Below are positions 32,801-44,500 of a DNA stretch of 64,000 bases, in pieces; position 1 is the stretch's first letter; each line of letters starts with the position of its first letter. The position numbers and the translations under genes are program-made. Below the pieces are notes generated by a model. That model saw only the letters and a program-made list of their open reading frames with translations, did no database searches and was not told where the DNA came from. The stretch is from NCBI GenBank assembly GCA_000004985.1, contig GG738872.1; one strand, 5' to 3'. Source of the stretch: Naegleria gruberi. Lineage: Eukaryota.

Positions 32801-34157
32801 ATTTCCAATATAAAATGCATTTAACATATGGAGAGAAATACGTTGTGGAATATTGGCACTGTACTTGGGAACAGTTTCTGGTTGACAGCCCAAAACTGTT
32901 TGTAACTTTCCATTCGAAACCTTTCGTAAGTAATAGTAACTGTCAACAAAGTACAACTCATTATTGTGGTAGAATGGGAAAGAAGGAGTTCCTGTTGAAT
33001 ACATTTGGAATGGAGAAATATTTTCACCTTTTGGGTGAATAACTATTCCACCAGATAATGTGGAAACCATTTTGCTTTGTAAATCAATCTTTCTAATACA
33101 TCTATTCGATTTATCTGCCACTATTACTGTATTTTGAGTGACAATCAAAGACGATGGTTCATAAAACTTGGTATTTGAAGAATCGTATAATTGATTATCG
33201 CCACTGTATCCCTCTGAACCTCCAACTAAAATTTGACTTTGGGCAGAATTCACTAATTTCATTTGTACGAAATTATTAGTTTGAGATGAAGTGTAAATTT
33301 CACCTCCATTAGTAACATAGACACCATATCTTTGAATTGGTTATTAATTACACCATTCAATTATTCACTTACAAATTAGATTGAGCCACTCCTCCATCCA
33401 CAATTCTATAATTTCCATTTTCGTCAATTGACTTGAGTCTTTCTGCATCTGTGAAATAGACAATATCCTTATTTCCATTAGAAATAACGAATATATTCTT
33501 TGGAGATTGTAATTTCAAAAGCTTGGCATCTACACCATCATAATCACCATTTAAATAACCACCTCCTCCAATGACAGTAATTTGTAATGTTGAAATTTCG
33601 TATTTTTTGATTAAATTATTATCTGTATCTGAAATATAAACAAATCCATTCACAGAAACATAAACACCTCTTGGATTATTAAACGTATGTGCGATAGATG
33701 ATGTTGTTCTTGTTCTATTCGAAACTATTCTAATCCTGTTGTTGAGTGAATCAGCAATAAACAAATCACCATTTAATGGATTCACAGATACAGCTGTTGG
33801 TGTATCCAACAAAGTACCCACAGCCTTCAATCCATCTCCATTATATCCACTCGTTACATATCCAGCATAAACCTCTACCAATGACATTGTGTTAAAAATC
33901 CTAAAAACTAAATGTCTCTCAGCATCCGAAACAAATAAATCACCATTCAAACCGAGACACATTCCAGTGGGGGATAACATGTAGGCATATTTTGCCTCCT
34001 CCACTCTTTCTAAAGTATTGTAAAAACCATCCAGTGTTTGTATGTAATAATTGGGAGGTGTCGATAAGGAAGATACTGTTGAAAGATTAGTCAAGAATCC
34101 AACAATGACAACAAGAAGAAGATAAAAGTAAGTGAGCGGTAAAGGTCTGGTCAACAT
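29821..34157 (-). CDS. Receptor Ser/Thr protein kinase, about 1,390 aa, 4 exons. Exon 1 is 33373..34157. Exon 2 is 32229..33319. Exon 3 is 30161..32181. Exon 4 is 29824..30113 plus the stop codon. It has a signal peptide, about 18 NHL-type beta-propeller repeats, a Cys-rich EGF-like module, a TM and a kinase domain.
   Basis: - Introns and splice sites:
  - Intron 1 donor: TT|GTAAGT. Acceptor: ccaattcaaag| (43 nt).
  - Intron 2 donor: CT|GTAAGT. Acceptor: gtttaaaag| (47 nt).
  - Intron 3 donor: TTCT|GTAAGT. Acceptor: cctttcag| (47 nt), which splits AGTPF|YMSPEV.
- NHL-like repeats: GDGxxA...L..P.G....NGDL[FI][IV][AS]D.
- Cys-rich module: CNGTLAISETVCNGNGQCSDFNICQCKSGFEGEFC.
- TM: LIIAIVVPIVVVFVLILLLALIIFIVVIF.
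- Kinase motifs: GQGAFGSVYKV, AIK, HRDIKPTNIF, DFG, SPE.
- Start Met: the one preceding the hydrophobic signal MLTRPLPLTYFYLLLVVIVG. An upstream in-frame ATG at 34337 is an alternative. Confidence 0.7.
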
Positions 34158-34978
34158 GTTGGTGCTTATTTTTTTTGAGCATAATTTCAAGGTATTATGT
34201 GTTAGTACTATCTTTCCTGAATAGGCAGGTGAATTGTGTTGCGCTATACGTAAACAATGAGCAATGTTGGCAGTCTGGTCATTTTGAGTGTAACACAAAC
34301 AACAAAATTTCCATGTTTTTTCTGAATAAGCACACATCTCATAGTTTACAATAAGGTGAAAATAAAAAAAATTAAATCAAAAAGAAAAGTTGAAGAGGGT
34401 TTTCAATTGAAAACCTTATCCTTGTTGATCATCATAACTATTGTTCAATTGTGTACCATTACAGTAATATATTACTAATACAAAATGTTATATATTGTTT
34501 TAAGAAGAAAAATTCAAGGAAATATATATGTTGATGTGTAAAATAGAATAGATGGAAATTTTCAAGAAAGAACCAATATAAATTTTATATTAAAATTATA
34601 ATAAAACAATATTGAATATTTAAGCCGAGCTGTTTCACTTTTACTTTCTTTTTTACCAATATTTACAATCCCTCATTTACACAAATAGAGAATCTTCAAA
34701 ATACTTTAATATAAAATAAATTTACCAAAAAACCACTTTCTAAACTACCACCTTCTGTACTGGCACCTCAGTAATCTATCTCAGGAGTCCCTCAACTCCC
34801 AGCACCAATCAACAGCTCACAGGAGTTGAACATCATAATTTATGCATTTGCACGATATTTTCGCGTTTTACCTCCCTAAATTTCTCCTCATAGAAGGTAA
34901 AAGAGAGCAAATCAATTTTGAAGCAAATTTCACAAGAAAAAAAAACTCGCGAATCATCAAACTCACAAACACTTTGAA

Positions 34979-36291
34979 ATGTCTATTAATTCCTCGTATT
35001 CGGCAGCAGCAAATCCAGTGGTGGTGGACACAGTGCAAGAGCATGTGGTGGACACACATGGAAAGACAATTATTCAACAATATCATTATCATTATTACAA
35101 TACAGATCCAGCCACCGATGTTAATACTCAACCAAAATCTCAACCTGATGCTATTCCTTCTGTAGTACAACCAACACCAACCAAGACACAGCCAATTCCA
35201 AAAATGGCACAATCAAGATTTCTCACTCCTGCCCAAGTGATTGATAAGTTAAAACTGGATGGTGTGAGAAAATCCAAACTCACCCTCGATCAGACCATTA
35301 TTCTTTCTCTCTTTGCTGGTGTTTTCAAAGGAATTGCTGGTTCAATTTCAATGATAATTGGCGGGAATAATCCTGAAATGCAGAAAAATAATCCTGGAGC
35401 TCAACAGTTAATGTTTGGAATGTAAGTTTTGAAAATTTATGTAATTTTGATGGAATTTGAATGGTGAATGATATGAAAATTGATTGTTTTGTTAATTTGA
35501 TATTGAAATATTTCGAATAATTGTTGAACTAAAGTGTCTTTCCAATAGGATTGACTTTAACCATCATGATGGGTGCTGAACTCTTTACAGGAAACTGCAT
35601 GGTTCTAGTTTTGGGTTTACTCTCTAGAAAATGGGCTACCAAAAAGTTTATCAAACACTATTATCACTTCTCCAAGAATATTCTCCTTTCGTTTACTTTC
35701 AACATGATTGGTGCCTTTCTAGTTTCGTATTTCTTTGTCTACCAAACTCATTTAATGTCTCCAAATGATCCAGATGCCCCCTATTGGATCAAATATGCAA
35801 TGAAACTTGCAGAAACGAAATGTTCCAAAACTTTCGGCTCTTTAGTCTTGAGTGGAATTATTTGTAACATGTTAGTGACCATGTCCATCTTTATAGCCAA
35901 TGCAGCAACCAGTATTGAAGCAAAGATTATTGGATTGTGGCCTGGAATTACTGTTTTCGTTGCATGTGGTTGGGATCACTCAGTTTCGAATAGTTTCTTC
36001 ATTCCACTTGGAATGCTGTATGGAGCTAATGTTTCAGTTTCTGATTTCTTGATTGGAAACTTACTTCCAGTCACAATTGGTAATATCATTGGTGGAAGTT
36101 TTGTAATTGCTGGTCTAATGTACTTTGTAAATGATTTTCGTGCAAAGAATAAGAAACTTGTATTCGAAAGTATTTCCAAGATTTGGAAACGAACTAAACA
36201 AGCTTCACAATCTGTTAATTCCTTTGCCATGAGTCGTTCCATTAGTGAAACTGAACTTGAAAATTCTAATGAAAAAGAAACTTTAATATGA
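34979..36291 (+). CDS. Formate/nitrite transporter (FNT family), about 400 aa, 2 exons: 34979..35421 and 35535..36291
   Basis: - Start codon: ATG at 34979.
- Intron 35422..35534 (113 nt): donor AT|GTAAGT, acceptor ctaaag|T.
- The spliced product reads ...ILSLFAGVFKGIAGS...QQLMFGIVFPIGLTLTIMMGAELFTGN, which matches FNT signature 1 (G-x-ELFTGN) and the preceding F-P-x-GL motif.
- The remaining TMs follow.
- An N-terminal extension of about 80 aa precedes the first TM. Confidence 0.75.
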
Positions 36292-36449
36292 AATTTATTT
36301 TTTAATATTTTTTTTTTTAATTGTTTGAAAGAATTGAGAATGGAAAAAACGTTATCTTGTCAACTGGATTGGGAAAATGGATTTTATTTTTGAACATTTG
36401 ATGTCTGACGTTTATACACCCGACATGTTGTATTTTCAAAGCAAAAAAA

Positions 36450-38179
36450 ATGTTAATATTTCTATTCTCCCTGCTCGTTGTCATTCTCGGAGGTCTTTTT
36501 GTCAAACTTTCAACTTCTTTGAAAAAATCATCATCAACAGCTGACAGCAAAAAAACTCAAAATTCTGACAAGAATGATACACCTCAAATTACAACAAACA
36601 AGAGAGAATCAAGTGATGAATCATTCCTAGTCAACAAGGAAGAATTCCAAAAAGTATTTAAAAATGTTTCTTCCAATTTCTTTAAGAATATTTCTGAACA
36701 AATTTCTAAAAACAAAGAAGTGTTGAATTTAATGCATAATTCTGCCAAAATGCCAAGTATGAAGGAATTGATATCAACAATCAAGGGAAAGAGTGAATCC
36801 AATGTTGTTATTTTAGCAGAAGAAGAACAAGCATTGACAGAAATTGGTGATGATGAAGAGACAGTTGACATTGCTACAACTCCAATCATGTCAGATGATG
36901 AGGAAGATGAGGAAGATTTTAGAAAATCAATTTCTACTCCAATTGCTCAAGATGATTCTCCTCCTTCACAAGAAACTGTCCTAAATAAGATGAATGAAAA
37001 GAGAAAGAATATTCTTGCTGAAATTTTGAGTACTGAAGAATATTACGTTAAGGGATTGTTAATTCTTGATTTTGTTTACAAGAAACAAATTGAACAAAAG
37101 AAAATTGTCGATCCAAAAGTTTTAAAAACAATTTTCCAAGATGTTGACCTCGTGTTAAATGTCAATCAACAATTTTTGACTGAATTGAGAAAGATTTATG
37201 AAAAGGAAAGAAATTTGGAAAGATCTTTACAAGATAGAAAGAATAACTTTTCAAGTTTGGGTGAATTATTGAACAGTTATGCACACAGCTTTAAATTATA
37301 CTCTACTTACATTGCTGGTTATAAGAAGGCATCAGCTGCTTTATCTGAAGAAAAGAAAAAGAATAAGAAATTGACTCAATTCTTGGATGGATTGAAACAA
37401 TTGTTGAAGGATCAAGGTGAGAGAATTACTCAATTGGAAAGTTATCTTGTTACTCCAGTTCAAAGAATTCGTAAGTTTTTCATTTCTCTTTTAGTCATTA
37501 ATTATTGATTGACTAATTCACATATGTTTACTAATTGACTCGTGTGAAAATGTGAAAACTCATTGAAAAAACAGCTCGTTACAGATTATTATTAGAAGAT
37601 TTGTACAAAAACACTCCAAATGATGACACTGCAAAGGGACGTCTTGAAGAAGCTCTTGAATTGATTAAAAAGATTGCTCTCTATGTTAATGATGCCGAAG
37701 TCAAAGTTGAAAACATTCAAGTTACTTCACACATGGTTCACAAATTGAAATTGAAAGGTTTCATCAAACCATCAAGATATCTCATTAATTATTGGGCTGA
37801 AGAAAACGATTCTCCAATCCAATGCAGAGCCAATACCTCCAGTAAGATTAACAATTGCGAATTGTACATTTTCAGTGATATTATTGTCTTGCATAAGAGG
37901 TTTGACAGTTTCTTGACCTCAAAGATTGAATTGTTGTTAACTAGAAAGGGAACTAAGCAATCAAGCAAATTGATTGTTAAGGAAGTTCAAATTAATAATG
38001 GATCAAAGAATGGAACCAATGATTTGGATATTAACATCAAGTGGATTTATGAAAATAACTCAACCAAACAATTGACATTTATTGCCAAATCTGCTGACGA
38101 TTTGAAGAAGCTTGAAAGCTCCATTCGTACTGCCATTAATGGATCTTCAACCAATAGTATTTCCCTCTTTAAAAAGTAA
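36450..38179 (+). CDS. RhoGEF (Dbl-homology domain followed by a PH-like domain) with an N-terminal hydrophobic segment, about 540 aa, 2 exons: 36450..37470 and 37575..38179
   Basis: - Start codon: ATG at 36450.
- Intron 37471..37574 (104 nt): donor ATTC|GTAAGT, acceptor aaaaaacag|CTCG.
- Splicing creates the canonical DH motif QRIPRYRLLLEDLYKNT.
- Upstream DH helices: ILAEILSTEEYYVKGLLILDFVYKKQ. Confidence 0.75.
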
Positions 38180-38645
38180 TTTGTTCAGAGTTGATTTCCA
38201 TAAACATTTTTTAATTTCAAATTTCACTAAAAACTGTTAGATCATTCAGCACCACCTTGTATTAATTTTCATCCGAAGCAAATTCTAATCAACTTGTCCT
38301 GAAAAATAATTGTTTCAATTCGACTTTTGATTTAAAAATCTTTAAAACCTTATGATCACCTTCTTTCATTTGTTGAAGGTTTTTGACATGATTCCTTAAT
38401 ACGATCAGTAACACTTCTTCCAATCAACTTGTTTGATCTCTAATATTAAGTTGACCTTTTAATTATGATATAAAAATAGTTTTCAATCAATTTAATGATC
38501 ATCTCACAATCAAAAGTTAGTATTAGAAGCGAATCAATTTCAACACAAAAAAAATAGCAAAAACATATTCCATAGGACTATTTTAACATCAAAACATTAT
38601 CATCAATATATTTAAATATAATATTAAAAATATAATATTACAATA

Positions 38646-40451
38646 ATGGTATTAGATACATCAAATCCACCAGTTATTATAAACGGAGCTCATACTTTGG
38701 TTGGATGTTTGACAGCATTGGCAATTGCTAGACAATTTAATCAGAGAGTAGTTTTGGTTTCGACTCATTCCGAAGCCTTGCTTGTCAATGAAGCAATTTT
38801 AATTAATTCAAAGAGTGCTGAGAAATTATGTACTCTATTGGAAACCCCACTTTTGCAAAAGGTGGTTCAATGTAGGAATATAGAGGGATATGCAGTGCAT
38901 GATCTGGAGAGAGGTGATTGTCTGATTGAGTTTGATAGTCACAGCTTGTACAAGGCAGTGATGGATAAATTGACTACTAAATATTTGGACATGGTAAAGA
39001 TTGTGTTTGGTATTGGAGAACCATCTGTGCATTTCCAAGTCATTCCACAAGTTTCAACTCTGAAAGTGCCCATTCTGAAGTTTGTGAATAAGGAGGGCAT
39101 GACAGAGGAAATCATTTCCAAGTTTTTATTCGATTGTGAGAGAAAGAGTTTTGTGGTAGCATCCATGTTGCACCATTCGAGCTCTGGTTTAAATCTCAAA
39201 CAATCTTCATCGAGTTACATGTATCAACAATTGGATATTCCTGAAAATTTGTATCCGTTCAAGGAGAGCAAATATCAAGTTAGAATTCAAGAAAATACTA
39301 CCATGATGATCGTTCCAAAATTCCTATCCAATCAATTCTCCACAACATTCTTCTTCAAGATTGATCCACAACTCCAATACGATCAACAGATGGTTGCATT
39401 GAAAATGTTGGAATTTTTAAAGAGTGAATTTCCATTCACCTTTTCATTGGTAACACTTGAGAATATCTATTCGTGGTTTTCCAGCCATTTGGAAACAATA
39501 CAGGATTATCAAGTTACTGCCTCCACTACTGAATGTATTGGATTTCTCAATCAATCAAGGATACCACATTTTGGAGATTATCAATTTATGGAGGTTTTCA
39601 AATTTATCAAAAATCTCGAAAGTTTGGGCATTCCAACAACCAAAAAGATTCCTGCTGAGGATATCAAAAAGTCTATGACTATTCTTGAGATTGACCAATT
39701 CAATAGTGTGAAGGCCATTGAGAGAACATTACATGATTATCAAGTAATGAAAAATACAATGTGGAGATTTACAGGACCTGTGTGGAACTTTTTGAAAATT
39801 CCTGTCATTACTGCCAAACAACACTTGATTGATGTATTTGGAAGAGAAACATCAAGAATGACCACAGCTCAAAAATGGAGGTACAGATTCATCTATGGCC
39901 TATCGGCAATTTTGCTCTATAAGGGTGCAAGTAATTGGTATCATGATAGAAAAGTGGCCAATGATATCATTCGCAAGATTGGAACTGAGAATGAATTGTG
40001 TAAGAAATTGATCAGAAGATGTGTTTCAGGAGATTGTGGCTCCAAAACTGTCAGTCTTATGTTACAGCATGATGAAGGATTGAACTTTTTAGAAATTAAC
40101 ACACTGGTTAATCTCTTAAAAGATTCCAGTAGTAGAGTGGAATTTTTGACACAGTTGGTCTTATCAGGAAATATCAAACAATTAAGTGGCACACAGTTAT
40201 CTTCTCTTTTGAAATCGGCTAACCAATTCATGGAAGATGACAAATATGAATTATTACTCAAATTGTATCCATATGCACAGGTTTCACAACATGAAATTCC
40301 GTTAATAGTTTCCAATTTTGATTTTTTAAAGTATCAAGACAAAGCTAGGGAACTGTTACAACCTGGTTCAAGTAATCAATCACAATCATCGGGGGGTGGT
40401 GTACTTGCTCTTGCTGTTTTAAGTGTATTCTTCATGTTGGGATTGTTGTAA
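38646..40451 (+). CDS. Hypothetical 601-aa protein with a C-terminal hydrophobic anchor (GGGVLALAVLSVFFMLGLL)
   Basis: ATG at 38646, long uninterrupted ORF. No domain recognised. Confidence 0.45.
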   Translation: MVLDTSNPPVIINGAHTLVGCLTALAIARQFNQRVVLVSTHSEALLVNEAILINSKSAEKLCTLLETPLLQKVVQCRNIEGYAVHDLERGDCLIEFDSHSLYKAVMDKLTTKYLDMVKIVFGIGEPSVHFQVIPQVSTLKVPILKFVNKEGMTEEIISKFLFDCERKSFVVASMLHHSSSGLNLKQSSSSYMYQQLDIPENLYPFKESKYQVRIQENTTMMIVPKFLSNQFSTTFFFKIDPQLQYDQQMVALKMLEFLKSEFPFTFSLVTLENIYSWFSSHLETIQDYQVTASTTECIGFLNQSRIPHFGDYQFMEVFKFIKNLESLGIPTTKKIPAEDIKKSMTILEIDQFNSVKAIERTLHDYQVMKNTMWRFTGPVWNFLKIPVITAKQHLIDVFGRETSRMTTAQKWRYRFIYGLSAILLYKGASNWYHDRKVANDIIRKIGTENELCKKLIRRCVSGDCGSKTVSLMLQHDEGLNFLEINTLVNLLKDSSSRVEFLTQLVLSGNIKQLSGTQLSSLLKSANQFMEDDKYELLLKLYPYAQVSQHEIPLIVSNFDFLKYQDKARELLQPGSSNQSQSSGGGVLALAVLSVFFMLGLL

Positions 40452-41533
40452 AATAAAAGATATATATTTTCCAAATAATTCTTAAATCAATTATTCCTCT
40501 TATTGTTTTAATAAAAAGAAGAAGGAATGATGTAAAAAGTATTGCAATATTAACTAGCTAATGGGTATTTCTGGTATACCTCGATCAGCAACGATATATT
40601 GACGACCTATATTCAAATTAATGGTGCGCTGCAGCCTAAAACAATGGAGCAGAGACGGGGACTTGAAATTGTTGAGTAACATCCATCGTAGAATAATTCC
40701 GTTCACGATCAAATTATTTGCAAAATTCTTACGATTATGGTGCTACCATTTTTTTAAAAATATTAATAAAAATAATTATCTAGAAGATATTCAACACAAA
40801 GATTCGTCAACTAATTTACTTCAAGAAATTAGAATATCTTTTAAAAAATCATCTTTTTGACATCATGGTTGACAATAATACCATCATTAAATAAGCGCCT
40901 ATAATAATTGTTTTGGCGCAAATTCCTAATAAGGTCGCTTTGTTTTTGTACAATTCAACAAAAAGAGTCTTATTTTTGTCTTCAACAAAGCACAACATCA
41001 AAGCAAGCTTAACCAAGAGATTCACAAGAACTAATGGAGGCTCTTTGAAAAATAAATCAAAAAAAAACATCAATTTGGTTTTTGCTTGAGACACAACGGT
41101 TCAGAGTTTTATTTAGCCAAATTCCTATCTATCAATAATCTAGAAAATCGATCTGATTATTTTTCGGAATTGTCTTTTACTAGTGATTAGTAATAATAGA
41201 AAGTCTTAAGCTAAAAGCTCCGAAGAGTAAGTAGAGTCATATTTAATGTTTCTGACATTTGGTTCTGTATGAATACAATCTTGATGGTGCACTATGCTAC
41301 TTTTGTGATACTACTGTTTTAAATAACAAATCTGATCATCATTGTTGTATACAAATATATTTGTATTCAATTTAATAATACTGTGGATCACAACTTTTTG
41401 TATTGGACGGATTACTATTCCAATTTTATACAATCACCTTTTATTAATCTACCAACAACACTTCTTACAACAATCACTGTGTATTCTTATACTCATCAAC
41501 ACTCGAAAAAACCAAAACAACAACAACAAAACG

Positions 41534-44500
41534 ATGCAACCAATAGAAAATATGTTCTCTGGTCTCCTAGATTCGAGTAACAAACAAAACGAGGACTCCT
41601 CCAATGAAGTCACTTCAGTGGACAGTCCCTCAAAATCTAAAAAAGTGTCTGGTATTAGACGTGCTGCTTCAATTCAAGTCGGATTGAGTGATTTCGAATT
41701 GAGTGGTACTAATGTGCCTAATCCAGAATCTATTTCTTTAACACATTTGAGTAAATATGCTATCACTCTGGCTGGTATGCACGAAGTAGTAGAAGAAAAG
41801 AAGGAATTTGTCAAGCTTATCAAGAGATTAGACGAAACAGCCAGTATTATTACTCAAGCACACGATATTATTTATGAGGCAATTATGCAAAATCGTCGTA
41901 TTACTAGTAGTGATGAATGGTTGGTCGATAATTTTTGGATGATCAAGGAACAAATCCACATGACAAAAAAACACTTGCCACTAGGATATGAAAAGGAAAT
42001 GCCAAAGTTGAATAATACAAAATGTGCAGGTTATCCACGTATTTATGGTATTATTTGGGAATTGATTAACTTGGTAAATGGTCAAGTAACAGAAGAGAAT
42101 ATTTTCCAATTTGTCAAATCTTATCAATCTGTCAAACCATTGACAATTGGTGAATGTTGGGGTATTGGTGTTATGCTTCGTTTAGGTCTTTTAGAAAATA
42201 TTAGACGTGTTGCTGATGGTATTATTAGCAGAAGACAAGATTGTAACCTGGCTGATGCTTGGGCAGATCGTTTATTAACTAGTGCTGAAAAGAGTAGTCG
42301 TGATGTTGTTCAAATTCTGTATCAATTATCACAAAGTGAACCTATTATTACAAATGCTTTCGTCTTACAAATTAGTCAACGTTTACAAGGTTCTGATCCT
42401 GTTCTTTCAATTGTAAATACATGGTTAGAACAACAATTGAGTATTAAGGGTATTGATATCGATCAAATTTTCAGAATGCAAAAGCAAGCTAACTCTTCTA
42501 ATCAAGTTACAATGTCATATTCTATTAACTCTTTGAGATTAATTAACAATTTTAATTGGAAAGAGTTTGTTGAAAAATTGAGTCATATGGATGTTATTCT
42601 TCGTAAGGATCCTTCTGGTATTTATTCATATCAAAATTTCCATACCAGAGATAGATGTAGACACGCTATTGAAAGAATTGCAAAGAGATTCAAGATTGAT
42701 GAAAAGCAAGTTGCCAACAAGGCACTTTCCCTAGCAAAGGAAAATCATGAAGTTTTACAGTCATGTGTTTTAGGATCACCAAGAAGAACAAGGTCTGGTA
42801 GTGATGCTGAACCTCCAAGCTCTCCTGGATCCTCTCCTACTGCTCTCTCACCTCGTAGTGCTAGTAATGTTATTAGGAATATGAATCCAGATCAAATGTA
42901 TGACATGAAACTTATTCGTAGAAAAGCTTGTATTACCTATTGGTTGCTTGAAGATGAAGGTATTAAGGAATTGCATAGAGCTTTAGGTTTTAGAATGAGT
43001 CGTTTACCATTTTCATTTGATTTAAGATTCCCAAGCTTTATTACTTCAATTATTTTCTGGACTTGCTTATTTGCTATTGCTTACATTTTCATGACAAAAC
43101 ATTCTTACCAAACACAATTTGATAGATATCTTCCATTTAGTGGAGTGGAAAGTTTGAAATTATATTTTGTTTATGAAAAGTATCTTGCCTTGGTTTTATT
43201 GTATATATCAGTTTTATTTGTAGGAAGTCAACTTGCTGTTAGTTTGACTAACATGACTTTTGTTAGACTCAAATATCCAGCATCGTTGCCATCTATGGAT
43301 TTCAGTACAACAGGTATTCCTGATGAACACAGATCTATTGTTGTAGTACCAACAATGATAACAAGTTCAGATGGTATTAATGAATTATTGTCAGATTTAC
43401 AAGGTAGATATCTTATTAACAGGGACAAGAATATTGTGTTTGGTTTAATTACTGATTTTGGAGATTCAAAGACTGAAACTACTGAAAAAGATGATGCTCT
43501 CGTCAAGCAAGTTGTTGATGGTATCAATGAATTGAACAAAATGTACACAAGAACTCCTGAAGAACAAAGATACTCCAAGACAACTTTCTTCCTCTTCCAC
43601 AGAAAGAGATTGTACAATCCAGTTGAAAAAGTTTTCATGGGTTGGGAACGTAAGAGAGGTAAATTGGCTGAATTCAATACATTTATTTTACATGGTGAAA
43701 AGGGAAGTTTCAGTCATATTATTGGTGATACTACCAATTTGAATACTGTCAAACACGTCATTACATTGGATACTGATACCATGTTACCTTCAGATGCTGC
43801 TCGTGGTTTGGTTGAAATTGCTGCTCACGTTTTGAACGAACCTGTTATTGATAATCAAACTAAACGTGTTACTCATGGTTATGGTTTGCTTCAACCTCGT
43901 GTTAGTAATGGTTTTACTGGTTCTACTAAGTCACTCTATGCTTATATGCACAGTATGGATTCTGGTTTGGATCCTTATACTAGAGAAGTTAGTGATGTTT
44001 ATCAAGATACTTTTGGTGAAGGTTCATTCATTGGAAAGGGTTTGTACAATGTTGAAACTTTTGAAACTGTTTGTGGCGAAAAGTTCCCAGAAAATAGAAT
44101 TCTCAGTCACGATTTGATTGAAGGTTGTTTTGTCAGATCTGGATTGACTTCTGGTATTGAAGTTATTGAAGATTATCCATCAAGTTATGGTGTTGAAGCC
44201 TCTAGAAGACATCGTTGGATTAGAGGTGACTGGCAAATTGCTAGTTATGCTTTCAGTCCTTTCATCTTGACTGCCAAGGGTTATGAAAAGAATACCTTGT
44301 CTGCATTGCATAGATGGAAGATTTTCGACAATTTGAGAAGATCTCTCGTTCCAGCTGCTATGACTTATTTGATTATGAGTACTGCTTTGTTCACTTCCTA
44401 TCACTCCAAGTTGCCATTCGTTGCTGTTCTCGCTGTTCTTTCAATTTATCTCATTCCAACAACAATCAATACTATTATTGATGTTGTCAAGAAACCTGAA

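Noticed and set aside
41342-41533. Possible N-terminal extension of the Cgs-like ORF (MLYTNIFVFNLIILW...)
   Set aside because: The ORF-track start is a TTG. The segment is low-complexity, 5'-UTR-like sequence. The first true ATG, at 41534, immediately precedes conserved sequence.
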